The notes under the pieces were generated by a model. It was not told the origin of the DNA and searched no databases. It was given only the letters and a program-made list of their open reading frames with translations. The translations under genes were made by a program, and so were the position numbers. A stretch of DNA of 64,000 nt from positions 1,824,001 through 1,888,000 of the forward strand of contig CBDDIJ010000002.1 of NCBI GenBank assembly GCA_965228855.1. Direction: 5' to 3'. Below are positions 49,234-58,878 of this stretch, in pieces. This DNA comes from Candidatus Obscuribacterales bacterium. GTDB taxonomy: Bacteria > Cyanobacteriota > Vampirovibrionia > Obscuribacterales > Obscuribacteraceae. How positions within the stretch are numbered: position 1 is the stretch's first letter; every line of letters starts with the position of its first letter.

Positions 49234-50673
49234 TCAGAGCGCTGCTTCTGCAGCTGCTTCCATATCGTTCGCCGGTTCGAGCAGTGCTTTAAACTGGTCG
49301 CACCAGAGGGTGAGAGTATTCTCGGTGAGGCGCGAGCGCATTCCGTTCATGCGCTCTAATTTGTCGCGGTCAGATAAGCTGAGTGCATCGAAGATCGAGC
49401 CACTCATCTCTTTCGGGTCGAATGGATTTGTCTCGATAGCCCATGGACCGAGTTCTTCGAATGCGCCGCAGTGAGGAGACAAACCGAGCACACCCGGTCG
49501 ATTCGATTGACAGGCGATGTACTCTTTTGCCGTCAAATTCAGTCCGTCGCGCACCGGGGTGACCAGCATCATTGATGCGTTCGCATACAACAGTGACAGT
49601 TCAGCCGGCTTAAGCGGTCCCTTGAGATTTAGAACGGGCTGCCAGTCTGCTGTCGAATGTTTTGAATTTACTTCTTGAATTAAACGTTGGATGTTGAACC
49701 AGTTGTTGTCGAAGGCTTCGATGCCTGGTCTTGTCCTCGTGCACAACTGCGCGAAAGTGAGCTTGCCGATCAACTCTGGATGCTCATTAAAGAAGTGACC
49801 GATTGCCTCGATGCGTGGCGCGACACCCTTGGTGTAGTCTGCTCTGTCAACTGACAGCACGTAATCGGTATGGATAAGAGAAGGATGTAGATGCAGTTTA
49901 GAGCGAACGCGGGAAACTTTTTCCCAGTGGTCAACATCGAGACCCAGAGGCGCGGCGACAACTTTGGTGAAGCGATTCTGACTCGTGTATTTGTCTGCGA
50001 GTCGAATGCGCCATGTGTCTTCCATTGTCGGCGTCGCTTTGGGATTGACGTATGCCACGCTCTGTCTCGTGATCGTTCGGTTGCGCATCGACACGGTTGT
50101 ACCCGGAATATTCTTTGCTACGAAGCTGAAGAAATTGGAGCAATACTCTTGGGTGTGGAAACCGATGAACTCGGCTGAGAGCAACGATTTTGCAAGATCG
50201 ACGATCGCCGGCAGGTAGCTCTGGGGAACGGATTTCGGCCACGGAATGTGCCAGAAGATTCCGCATGCGGGACCATCAAGACGTTGAAGTTCCTTCGGTA
50301 ATAGCGCGAGCTGATAGTCTTGAACGAATAATTTCGATGTTGTGTATCGCGAGTTCTCTTCCACTATTTCGCGCGCGAAGATACGGTTGAAACGTTCATA
50401 CAGAGCTCGATCTTCAACTCTGTAAGTTGCAAACTCGCTCATGTCATGCATGATAGGCCAGAGAAATTCGTTGCAGTATCGATAGTGCCCTTCGATCAGA
50501 GACTCGGAGAGCAGATGTCTGGCATTCGGCTGAGCGATACCATTCGAGTACTTAATAGTGTTGTCTTCGATGTGCCACCATTTGTGGCTCGGACCATCGC
50601 CGGCGACCATCTGGGTCAGTGCTGGTGAGACTCCACCAGCCATGCCGGGTCCGCGATAGGAAACTATTTGCAT
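49234..50673 (-). CDS. otsA: Trehalose-6-phosphate synthase-like GT20 glycosyltransferase
   Basis: AGGV, Y...N..LWP..H, QDYQL, FWHIPWP, VDR.DYTKG, RDGLNL.AKEY. Confidence 0.88.
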   Translation of the reverse strand: MQIVSYRGPGMAGGVSPALTQMVAGDGPSHKWWHIEDNTIKYSNGIAQPNARHLLSESLIEGHYRYCNEFLWPIMHDMSEFATYRVEDRALYERFNRIFAREIVEENSRYTTSKLFVQDYQLALLPKELQRLDGPACGIFWHIPWPKSVPQSYLPAIVDLAKSLLSAEFIGFHTQEYCSNFFSFVAKNIPGTTVSMRNRTITRQSVAYVNPKATPTMEDTWRIRLADKYTSQNRFTKVVAAPLGLDVDHWEKVSRVRSKLHLHPSLIHTDYVLSVDRADYTKGVAPRIEAIGHFFNEHPELIGKLTFAQLCTRTRPGIEAFDNNWFNIQRLIQEVNSKHSTADWQPVLNLKGPLKPAELSLLYANASMMLVTPVRDGLNLTAKEYIACQSNRPGVLGLSPHCGAFEELGPWAIETNPFDPKEMSGSIFDALSLSDRDKLERMNGMRSRLTENTLTLWCDQFKALLEPANDMEAAAEAAL

Positions 50674-51490
50674 ATGCCTTCTCCGTCGTACAGCCGGAAA
50701 TGGAACTCCACAGGCGGAGCAACTTGCCATCCGACTGCGGCAAGTTCGATGATTCCTGGAACTTTCAAAAACCAGAGCTAGTGACCACGATCGCCAGCTC
50801 TGAGCAATATACGGATAGCACTTTATGACATGCGCAGTGTCGGTTTCGTTTCAGATCCGTTTCGTCACTCTTTCGGATGCTGCCTTGATGAAACTTTCTG
50901 ATCGTTGTATCCATTGGCCCAACAGTGTGTCGAGCTTTAGATATTGCCGAGATTTTGTTCCATTAGTAATGAGTAAGCTTTTCATTTGGTGAACTGTTCG
51001 CGCAAGGATAGCGAGAGTAGTCTAGTTCTGACAGTTTCGCGTAATTCAATTCTCCGGAAGTTGGCGCAGCTAGAAGATAGTCTTCGCCGACGAAATTGGT
51101 TTGAGACTTCGCAAACTGGCATCGCTCCTGTCTTTTTTTTGCAATCTAAAACGGCCGGTAGTTGCAGAACCGCAAGCGGCATTCACGTGATACATCGGAA
51201 ACTGAACGATGAATAGCGTCTGTTTTGTTGACTGCTAAAGGTTTTCGCTGGCAGTCTCGAGATGCAATTTTAGAATCGCCACCGGAAGAAGTTGGATTAA
51301 AGACGAACTGTAGTAATCAACGCTAAGCATCATGTCACCGCCGGTGGTGGTGGTGTTTGAACTTGCGGCGTCCACAGCGAAATATCGAGGACTCGATGCG
51401 TTTATATAACGAGTATATGAGCGCTATGATACATCGCGATTCTACTGCCGAGGAGGGCGATAAGCCGAAGGCGATTTCGATTTCGTAGTA

Positions 51491-51523
51491 AAAAGGAGCC
51501 GTGATGGAATCACAGCTCCTTTT
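51491..51523 (-). terminator. Rho-independent terminator
   Basis: AAAAGGAGC.GTGAT/ATCAC.GCTCCTTTT. Confidence 0.65.
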
Positions 51524-51559
51524 CGCGAAGCTATCGCTAGCTTCCCAAGCCTGAGGTAC

Positions 51560-51997
51560 TTAGAGCACTTTCAATTTTAAAGGCCAAACACCAACGTTGA
51601 TCAAGTGGTGCGAGTCCTTTTTGACCTTCACAGGCTTGTTTTCAATTACCACGGGAGTGGTCGTTGTTCTCTCTACTCTTAGCGGCGTAGACTGTTGAAG
51701 TAAAACCGGTTGCTGAATAGTTTTTTCAACGAAGACCGGCGCTACCGCAGTTGGTGTTTCAACCAAAACAGGATTTGCAATAACTCGGCGCACCGTGGTT
51801 GGTGCGGGTGTCTGGACATAAGTTCTGTAGGTTGTCGGTGACGATACCGTGTAAGTCCGAACGGTACGCGACATTGGCGTCCTGTATTGTGTAATGCTGT
51901 AATCACATGTTTGCGCCATTGCAGGTTCTGCAATGATGAACAGCGACGGTATATAAAGTATAAGACCGATAGCTGTAAGCTCGTTCTTGGGTTTCAT
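51560..51997 (-). CDS. Exported T/V/P-rich hypothetical protein
   Basis: GGAGG RBS before MKPKN; signal peptide ending AMA. Confidence 0.65.
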   Translation of the reverse strand: MKPKNELTAIGLILYIPSLFIIAEPAMAQTCDYSITQYRTPMSRTVRTYTVSSPTTYRTYVQTPAPTTVRRVIANPVLVETPTAVAPVFVEKTIQQPVLLQQSTPLRVERTTTTPVVIENKPVKVKKDSHHLINVGVWPLKLKVL

Positions 51998-52451
51998 AAC
52001 TTTTGCCTCCAAACCAGACTTTTTATGGCTTTCACAGCTAGTGGTGTATATGGTGTCATACTGCTGTGGCTTGCTTAGTCGTGGATCTACCTTTAGATAT
52101 AGCGGGAAAAGTGGCTTGCAGTGCCCGTTGAGACGCAACCGAGGACGCCTGAGATGTCGATGATTGGAACTGAGAGGTGTTGCGGAGCTTGCAAGCTTAT
52201 GAAAAATGGCACTACAAGCGCTTCTGCGTGCTATGACTTCATAACCGCCGTTGGGGCTGCAATCAGTTGGATTGAGCTCTGCAACCTGAAGACTTAGTCC
52301 TAGAGCCAAGTTACTAACCCTGCTCCAAACATTAAATTGTTGGAACAAAAGGATAACTCCTGGTGTCAGGTGATTGTTATCTCAAGATTAAGATTCACAG
52401 CCATTCCACAACGATCGATTTTCGATCACAGGAACTAGATTGAGGAACCCT

Positions 52452-52958
52452 ATGCAAAAGAGAGACGAACTACTGGAAGTATTACTTGAGACATTTGGCG
52501 TACCCGTCAGATCTTCGAGTAAATGCCTGCCTATCGCGCTGTGCATCGCAAGTGACCCGGAAACTCCTACTGAGTTACTGGAACGCCTTGCGACAACTGA
52601 CAACGAACGCCTTCTCGAAAGAATTGCGGAGCACCCAAACCTCTCGCCGTTTCTTTTAGAAATACTCGCGTCCCATCCATCACCGGATGTACGCGCCGCA
52701 GTGGCGGAGAACCCAAATGTCACCGCGGAAATTCTGACGGCGCTGTGTAACGACAGTCACGATGACGTGCGTTACAGCATCGCCGAAAACCCAAGCATGA
52801 GTCCGCAGACCCTATCGATGTTAATCGAGGACTCAAATCCATTTGTGGCTCACAGAGCCAGACTCACACTGATGAAGATGGACGAGCCGCAAGGCCTTCT
52901 TCAGAACATCATTCACATGGTGGGTACACATTTCGTCCCGCACAAGGTAGCGAGATAG
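52452..52958 (+). CDS. Leucine-rich-variant (LRV/HEAT-like) repeat protein
   Basis: Repeated VR..(V/I)AENP motifs. Confidence 0.8.
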   Translation: MQKRDELLEVLLETFGVPVRSSSKCLPIALCIASDPETPTELLERLATTDNERLLERIAEHPNLSPFLLEILASHPSPDVRAAVAENPNVTAEILTALCNDSHDDVRYSIAENPSMSPQTLSMLIEDSNPFVAHRARLTLMKMDEPQGLLQNIIHMVGTHFVPHKVAR

Positions 52959-52988
52959 ATTTTTCAACATAAGTTGAATGGGAAAGAG

Positions 52989-53023
52989 AAAACGATCCAG
53001 GGGCGACCCTGGATCGTTTTTTT
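52989..53023 (+). terminator. Rho-independent terminator
   Basis: AAAACGATCCAGGG/CCCTGGATCGTTTT plus T tract. Confidence 0.8.
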
Positions 53024-53132
53024 AGTAAGCAAAAACTCTATCAGACCTTTATTAGAAAGCGTAGAACGTCTGTTTGTTTTGCGCGCTTTTAGTTAGGTCT
53101 GGACGACTTCCTGGATGTGTGATATGTTGTAG

Positions 53133-53153
53133 ATATCGTAAAAATTACGATTA
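53133..53153. promoter_or_regulatory. NrtR-type operator
   Basis: ATATCGTAAAAATTACGATTA palindrome with GT-N7-AC core, upstream of an SPFH/NAD-kinase-like pair. Confidence 0.7.
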
Positions 53154-53294
53154 ATGGGAGCGATGAAACTTGTAGATTGTCCCGGTTAAGCGATCGCTAC
53201 CGGTGGGACCTACTTGCCTTCAGAAAGTTCATAACGTGTGCGCCACAGTGGTGGCGCAAACGGTAGCGCCCGCACAGAAAAGGAGTACGGTTAT

Positions 53295-54275
53295 ATGCTT
53301 ATCGGGTTTAAAAAAGTTCCGCCAACCACCTATGTAATGCATTATGAGAACGGCGTTTTGAAGCGGAGTGGCGCTGGTCTATCTTTCTTCTACTTTCCAG
53401 CGATCTCATCGATTGTAGAGCTTCCGCTGTCGAGTTCCGATGTTCCATTTGTATTTCAAGAATCTACTGTCGACTTCCAAGAAGTCACTCTGCAGGGTCA
53501 GTTGACTTATCGAGTTTCAGATCCGGAGCGTCTTTCGAGAATGTTGAACTATACTGTAAATTCGAACGGCGCATTCGTGAGTGAAGATCCAGATTTAGTT
53601 TCCGTTAGATTGATAAACGTGACGCAAACAGCTGCTCGCTCAGTTATTCGTGCGATGACACTACCTGAAGTGCTTATCGCAAACGAGCGAATAGTAGAAG
53701 AGGTTCTCGCGAGTGTTCAATCGGCCTCTCTAGTCACGATGCTTGGTTTAGAAGTGCTGGGATTGACGGTCGCTTACATCAGGCCAACTCCGGAAATGTC
53801 GCGCGCTCTCGAGGCCGACGCGCGTGAAGCGATTCAACGCAAATCGGACCAGGCAATTTACTTGCGCCGCAATGCGGCTGTCGAGGAAGAGCGCCGAATC
53901 ATGGAATCCGAGCTCAATACCGAGATCGCCGTTGAAACCAAAAAAAGGCAAATTGCGGAAACCAAAATAGCAGCTGAAATTGCGGTAGAAGAGCAGCGGA
54001 CGACCCTGATCGATAAACGCGTTGAAAACGATAAGAAAAACGCCGATAGCAGCGCCTATTCGATTGAGAAAAATCTAGCTCCTTTTCGAAACGCTGATTG
54101 GAAAACGCTTATGGCCATTGGCGCAGCACATGGGTCTGATCCCCGATTTGCCCTTTCTCTGGCATTCCAGGAGCTTGCTGAAAACGCCGGAAAAATTGGG
54201 ACTCTGTCGCTGACGCCAGACCTGTTAAGCGCGCTCATGGACAACGGTCACGGCGAACGAAATGGAAAGCGCTAA
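53295..54275 (+). CDS. SPFH/Band 7 domain protein (NrtX-like)
   Basis: G.GLSFFYF, DFQEVT.QGQLTYR, coiled coil RRNAAVE.ER.I.E.ELNTEIAVE. Confidence 0.85.
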   Translation: MLIGFKKVPPTTYVMHYENGVLKRSGAGLSFFYFPAISSIVELPLSSSDVPFVFQESTVDFQEVTLQGQLTYRVSDPERLSRMLNYTVNSNGAFVSEDPDLVSVRLINVTQTAARSVIRAMTLPEVLIANERIVEEVLASVQSASLVTMLGLEVLGLTVAYIRPTPEMSRALEADAREAIQRKSDQAIYLRRNAAVEEERRIMESELNTEIAVETKKRQIAETKIAAEIAVEEQRTTLIDKRVENDKKNADSSAYSIEKNLAPFRNADWKTLMAIGAAHGSDPRFALSLAFQELAENAGKIGTLSLTPDLLSALMDNGHGERNGKR

Positions 54276-54296
54276 AGGAGCAAGGGATGTAGCGTC

Positions 54297-55307
54297 ATGT
54301 ATGAAAAATTAGTCGTCGTTACAAGGAAAACCAGACTGGAGGCGCTGATTGAAAAGTTCAACACTCGCATGCAAGCGAAATTTTTCATCGAGCATTCTGG
54401 CGGAAATTTTTCCGAATACGAAGAAGAGGACAGGAACTATCAGCGTGCGCTTGATGAAATCCGCAAGCAGACCAAAATTGGATTAAAGGTACAGCTGATA
54501 GAACGTTCGCTTCTTCCGACCTACACGTTTGTGCGCTCTGACCTGATTGTCGCTCTAGGTCAGGACGGACTGGTGGCAAATACTGCCAAGTACGTGGGTG
54601 CGCAGCCGATAATAGGCGTCAACCCTGATCCAATTCGATACGACGGATTGCTTGTTCCGATTCTTCCGAGTCAGGTTGGGCGGTACTTAGACGACGTTCT
54701 CGAATCCCGCGCGCTGAGTCAGACAGTCACGCTCGGGGAGGTGGAACTGCAGGACGGTCAAAGAATGCTCGCATTCAATGATTTTTTCATCGGTGCCAAA
54801 ACGCACGTTTCAGCTCGCTATAGACTGCAGTACCACGAAATTTCCGAGGGGCAGTCGTCGAGCGGCGTAATTGTTTCGACTGGTGCAGGCTCCACAGGCT
54901 GGATGTCGTCAGTATTTAATATGGCGGCCAGAGTGACGGAATTCGCCGGCGGAAAACAGTTCGGTCAAAGAAAAATGCAGTGGAACGAGTCAACGTTGAT
55001 GTTTGTCGTTCGTGAGCCGTTTGTCAGCAAACACTCAACAGCCGACCTTGTCGCCGGTTATATCGAGGACGGCGAGGAGCTGGTAATCGAATCTAACATG
55101 ACTGGAGAAGGCACCATATTCAGTGACGGTGTGGAATCGGATTTCATTGCGTTCAATGCTGGTGCAACTGCAAGAATTCGTAAAGCGAAACAGCAGGCGC
55201 GCCTGATCGTGCCTTTCCGAAACGCAGATCGGGAGAAACCCAATTGCGCCAATGAATCTCGAATCTTGTCAGGTTCATGTAGAAGTGTTTCAAAATCAAG
55301 CCCGTGA
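54297..55307 (+). CDS. NAD-kinase-like protein (NrtY-like)
   Basis: GQDGLVAN, GVNPDP, NDFFIG, SSG..VSTGAGSTGW. Confidence 0.8.
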   Translation: MYEKLVVVTRKTRLEALIEKFNTRMQAKFFIEHSGGNFSEYEEEDRNYQRALDEIRKQTKIGLKVQLIERSLLPTYTFVRSDLIVALGQDGLVANTAKYVGAQPIIGVNPDPIRYDGLLVPILPSQVGRYLDDVLESRALSQTVTLGEVELQDGQRMLAFNDFFIGAKTHVSARYRLQYHEISEGQSSSGVIVSTGAGSTGWMSSVFNMAARVTEFAGGKQFGQRKMQWNESTLMFVVREPFVSKHSTADLVAGYIEDGEELVIESNMTGEGTIFSDGVESDFIAFNAGATARIRKAKQQARLIVPFRNADREKPNCANESRILSGSCRSVSKSSP

Positions 55308-55396
55308 AATCGGATCTATAAAATTTCGGGGCGATTAATGCGCAAGCGCCTGCACAAAGTGGTAAAAATATCTGTGTCTTTGGCAGGAAGGTGATC

Positions 55397-56710
55397 ATGA
55401 GCGTAGCAGAAATTCTTGCAGTTGGTACCGAGCTCTTACTGGGTCAGGTGCTCGATACCAATTCTCAATTCCTGAGTGAAGAACTCGCTCGTCTAGGCAT
55501 CGATTGCTACTACCACACGACAGTCGGCGACAACAAAGCGAGAGTTCGAGATTGCCTGCGGACGGCGTTATCACGGTCCGAGATTGTCATTACATCCGGA
55601 GGTCTGGGACCAACGCCTGATGACCTGACGATGGAATGTATTGCTGAAGTCATGGGTGCGAAGCAGGAAATGGATGAAACCATTCTTGCCGGAATCAGGC
55701 TGTTTTTCACCGAACGCAATATCGTGATGCCGGAGAATAACGCAAAACAAGCATTGCGCCCGGTGGGGGCCGATTTGCTCCCAAATCCGACTGGTACCGC
55801 ACCCGGTATCATCTGGACAATCACGCCGGACCGATTGAGAGAAGCTGGAATTATTTCAGTCGATTTGCTGGCATCTAAAAATCGCTATATCTTCACTTTC
55901 CCGGGCGTGCCGAGCGAACTCAAAAATATGTGGATGACGACGGTTTCCGAGTTCCTTCAAGTACACGTCGTGGGGGCCACCATCTTCTCTGTCGAACTGC
56001 GACATTTTGGAATCGGTGAATCAGCTCTTGCCGAAAAGTTCTCCGACCTCCTGGAAGGCACTAATCCAACTGTCGCTCCATACGCTGGTCACGGCGAGTG
56101 TCGGCTCCGTGTGACTTCAAAATCTCATGACCTCGAGTCAGCGATGAAATTGGCACAACCGATTGTCGAAAACATCCAGGAGCGCAGCGGTTATTTTTGT
56201 TACGGCACAGACAGCGATACATTAGAATCGGTTGTCGGCGACTTGTTGAAAAACCACAAGCTGACTATATCGACGGCGGAGTCCTGCACGGGCGGGCTGG
56301 TGAGCAAAAGACTTACGGACATTCCCGGGAGCTCGGATTATGTCTCACTCAACCTGGTCACGTATGCCAATGAGGCGAAGCACAAAATGTTGGGCGTCGA
56401 TGATGAAATCCTCGCCACGCATGGCGCGGTCAGCCCAGAGTGTGCACGTGCTATGGCGGAAGGGGTTCGCCGACTGTCCGGCGCCGATATCGGAGTCGGT
56501 GTGACCGGAGTGGCTGGACCTGGCGGTGGAACCGTGGATAAGCCAGTTGGTCTGGTTTACCTGGGCTTGTCCGCCGGCGACTCCTATGTTGAAAGGAAAC
56601 TGACTATTCCCGCCAGGATCGGCAGGAAAGAGATTCGTCATCGAACTGCGAACGAGGCACTGAATATGGTGCGACTGTTTCTTTTGGAAAGAGCAAAAGT
56701 TCAGGTTTAG
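55397..56710 (+). CDS. cinA: CinA (MoCF-like domain plus NMN deamidase PncC)
   Basis: VGTELL.G...DTN, GGLGPT.DD, PGVPSE, AESCTGG, GSS, TGVAGPGG. Confidence 0.95.
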   Translation: MSVAEILAVGTELLLGQVLDTNSQFLSEELARLGIDCYYHTTVGDNKARVRDCLRTALSRSEIVITSGGLGPTPDDLTMECIAEVMGAKQEMDETILAGIRLFFTERNIVMPENNAKQALRPVGADLLPNPTGTAPGIIWTITPDRLREAGIISVDLLASKNRYIFTFPGVPSELKNMWMTTVSEFLQVHVVGATIFSVELRHFGIGESALAEKFSDLLEGTNPTVAPYAGHGECRLRVTSKSHDLESAMKLAQPIVENIQERSGYFCYGTDSDTLESVVGDLLKNHKLTISTAESCTGGLVSKRLTDIPGSSDYVSLNLVTYANEAKHKMLGVDDEILATHGAVSPECARAMAEGVRRLSGADIGVGVTGVAGPGGGTVDKPVGLVYLGLSAGDSYVERKLTIPARIGRKEIRHRTANEALNMVRLFLLERAKVQV

Positions 56711-56892
56711 TTGTTTCTGCCCGAGCTCGCCTACGGTGTTAATGTTCCAGAGGGACCTGAACCGGGGGAGCAGTTCCACACCCGAACCCGGTGACCGGGT
56801 TTTAACTTTTTATTTGCCGGACGACGAGAAAACAGCTCGCGCCTGGGTGCTATTAGCGGTTTCGCCTATTTAATAAGGTTAGAAAAGTAATT

Positions 56893-57627
56893 ATGAGGGA
56901 AATGAATAAATTGAGGGCAGGTAGGTCGTTTACTTATATGGCACAATACGAAGAAGCAGTAATCAAGGACAATTTATTTCACCGGCGCCTGAGCGACTTG
57001 CGAAATTCCGCTCTGACACCGGCTCACCTGGCGGCTATGGCGGAGTTGAATCGCCCGGCAGAGCGCACAATCTTTTCGGCTCCCGAGGAAGAAAAGACTC
57101 TTCTATCCCATGATGACGTCGAGCGCATCGCGTTTTTCGACGAAGTTGCACCCGTTTACAATTTTAAGTACTGGATGCGTAAGTTGGACCGGGAGATGCG
57201 CCGTAGCAAGCGCTACAACCGACCGCTGTCGGTTCTTTGTGTGGCTTTTTCAGGTTTGATGAACATCGGACAAAAGTACAGTTCGATTGCGCTGGATGAT
57301 GCGCTGATCTGGACGGGCGAACATTTGTTGCAGTCGACACGTATGGACGTCGACATGGTCTGTCGCTACGGCGACGAGCGCTTCCTGATTGCTCTGCCGG
57401 AGACGCCTGGTAGCGGTGCCGCCATCGTGGCTGAGCGGGTACGCAAGTCATTCGAAGATAACCACATTCAGTACCAGTGGCATAAGATTTATATTCAGGC
57501 GAGCGTCGGAATTGCCTATTTCCCGGGTCATGGAACCCAGGTGCAGGAGCTTGTTGCTAAATCCGACCTGGCGGCAGAGCTTGTGCAAACGCGCGGCGGC
57601 AACGGAACGGCGTTTTGCCCGGAATAG
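56893..57627 (+). CDS. Degenerate GGDEF domain protein
   Basis: RE..RSKRY.RPLS, RYGDERF, LPET, S.GIA.FP. Confidence 0.75.
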   Translation: MREMNKLRAGRSFTYMAQYEEAVIKDNLFHRRLSDLRNSALTPAHLAAMAELNRPAERTIFSAPEEEKTLLSHDDVERIAFFDEVAPVYNFKYWMRKLDREMRRSKRYNRPLSVLCVAFSGLMNIGQKYSSIALDDALIWTGEHLLQSTRMDVDMVCRYGDERFLIALPETPGSGAAIVAERVRKSFEDNHIQYQWHKIYIQASVGIAYFPGHGTQVQELVAKSDLAAELVQTRGGNGTAFCPE

Positions 57628-57704
57628 CATCCACGCCGTCCTGAGGCGATTGAGTCATATGTTTGAAGGCATCACGATGTGGTGCCTTTTCGTTTTCGAA
57701 ACTA

Positions 57705-58829
57705 TCAGGCGATAAACATTGCGTCGCCATAGCTGAAGAAGCGGTAGCGCTCTTTGACTGCTTCTTTGTATGCGTTCAAGATATTGTCTTTACCGGCTAA
57801 CGTGGCGACCAAAACCAATAGGCTCGATTTGCTCAGATGGAAGTTGGTAACCATGGCGTCGACCATTTTGAACTCGAAGCCAGGCTTCACGTAGAGAGTG
57901 GTTGAACCCTGATCCGTAGGTTCCAACAGACCAGACCGTCCTGCGGTTTCAAGCGCGCGCAGGCTGGTTGTGCCTACGGCGATTACCCGGCGTCCTTCCG
58001 ATTTCGCCGCGTTGACTGCATCGGCGGTATCTTTCGAGATGCTAAACAGCTCCGCCTCGATACTATGATTGTCGAGGTCGGTCGTTATCGGCTTGAACGT
58101 CCCCGGTCCGACGTGAAGGGTAATATATTTGATAATCACGCCGCGCTCAGCGAGTTCCTCTAGAAGTTCAGTGGAGAAGTGTAAACCGGCTGTCGGTGCT
58201 GCAACTGCGCCAGGTGTTTTGGCAAAAACCGTTTGATACCTGTCGAGATCGTGCAGGCGATTTTCATCCTCGCCTTCCGGTTTCTCTCGCACTATATATG
58301 GTGGCAACGGTGCAAAACCGACCTCGCCGAGAATGCTGTAAACATCCTCTTTCCGTCCTAAATCTACAACTAAGCGTTTGAACCCATCCTGATCGATAAT
58401 TATGTCGGCAATGGAGATGCGGTGCTTGGGGGCGGTTTCGGAAACCAGTGTTAGCTGCTCACCGACTTTGAGCCGCTTAATTGGCGTCACCATTGCTTCC
58501 CACAGGTTGATCTTTTCTGCCAGCGGGCGGATGAGAAGTAAACGGATGATGCCACCACTCTCGCGCTGCGCGTACAACCGAGAGGGGACCACTCTTGTAT
58601 CGTTGACGATTAGCACGTCTCCGGCCTTCAAGAAGCTTTTGATATCGGAAAATTGATGATGGGAAACGCCACCGGTTTCTCGCTCGAGTTTGAGCAGGCG
58701 TGACTCGTGGCGCACAGCCGATGGTTTTTGCGCAATCAGTTCTTCAGGCAAATCGTAGGACAAATCGTCAAGCCCGAAGCTTTCTGTTTGCGGTTGCTGG
58801 TTGAATGTTGACCGAGTCATAGATATCAT
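57705..58829 (-). CDS. queA: S-adenosylmethionine:tRNA ribosyltransferase-isomerase
   Basis: YDLPEELIAQ, PLPPYI, YQTVFA, AAPTAGLHF, LHVG.GTF, YRFFSYGD. Confidence 0.97.
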   Translation of the reverse strand: MISMTRSTFNQQPQTESFGLDDLSYDLPEELIAQKPSAVRHESRLLKLERETGGVSHHQFSDIKSFLKAGDVLIVNDTRVVPSRLYAQRESGGIIRLLLIRPLAEKINLWEAMVTPIKRLKVGEQLTLVSETAPKHRISIADIIIDQDGFKRLVVDLGRKEDVYSILGEVGFAPLPPYIVREKPEGEDENRLHDLDRYQTVFAKTPGAVAAPTAGLHFSTELLEELAERGVIIKYITLHVGPGTFKPITTDLDNHSIEAELFSISKDTADAVNAAKSEGRRVIAVGTTSLRALETAGRSGLLEPTDQGSTTLYVKPGFEFKMVDAMVTNFHLSKSSLLVLVATLAGKDNILNAYKEAVKERYRFFSYGDAMFIA

Positions 58830-58878
58830 GCTGAGAGTCTTTCGGACTCAATATTGTAGTTGAAACCGCCCAGGTGCC

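Noticed and set aside
51998..52348. Long N-terminal extension of the 51560-52348 ORF
   Set aside because: The RBS and signal peptide point to the start at 51997
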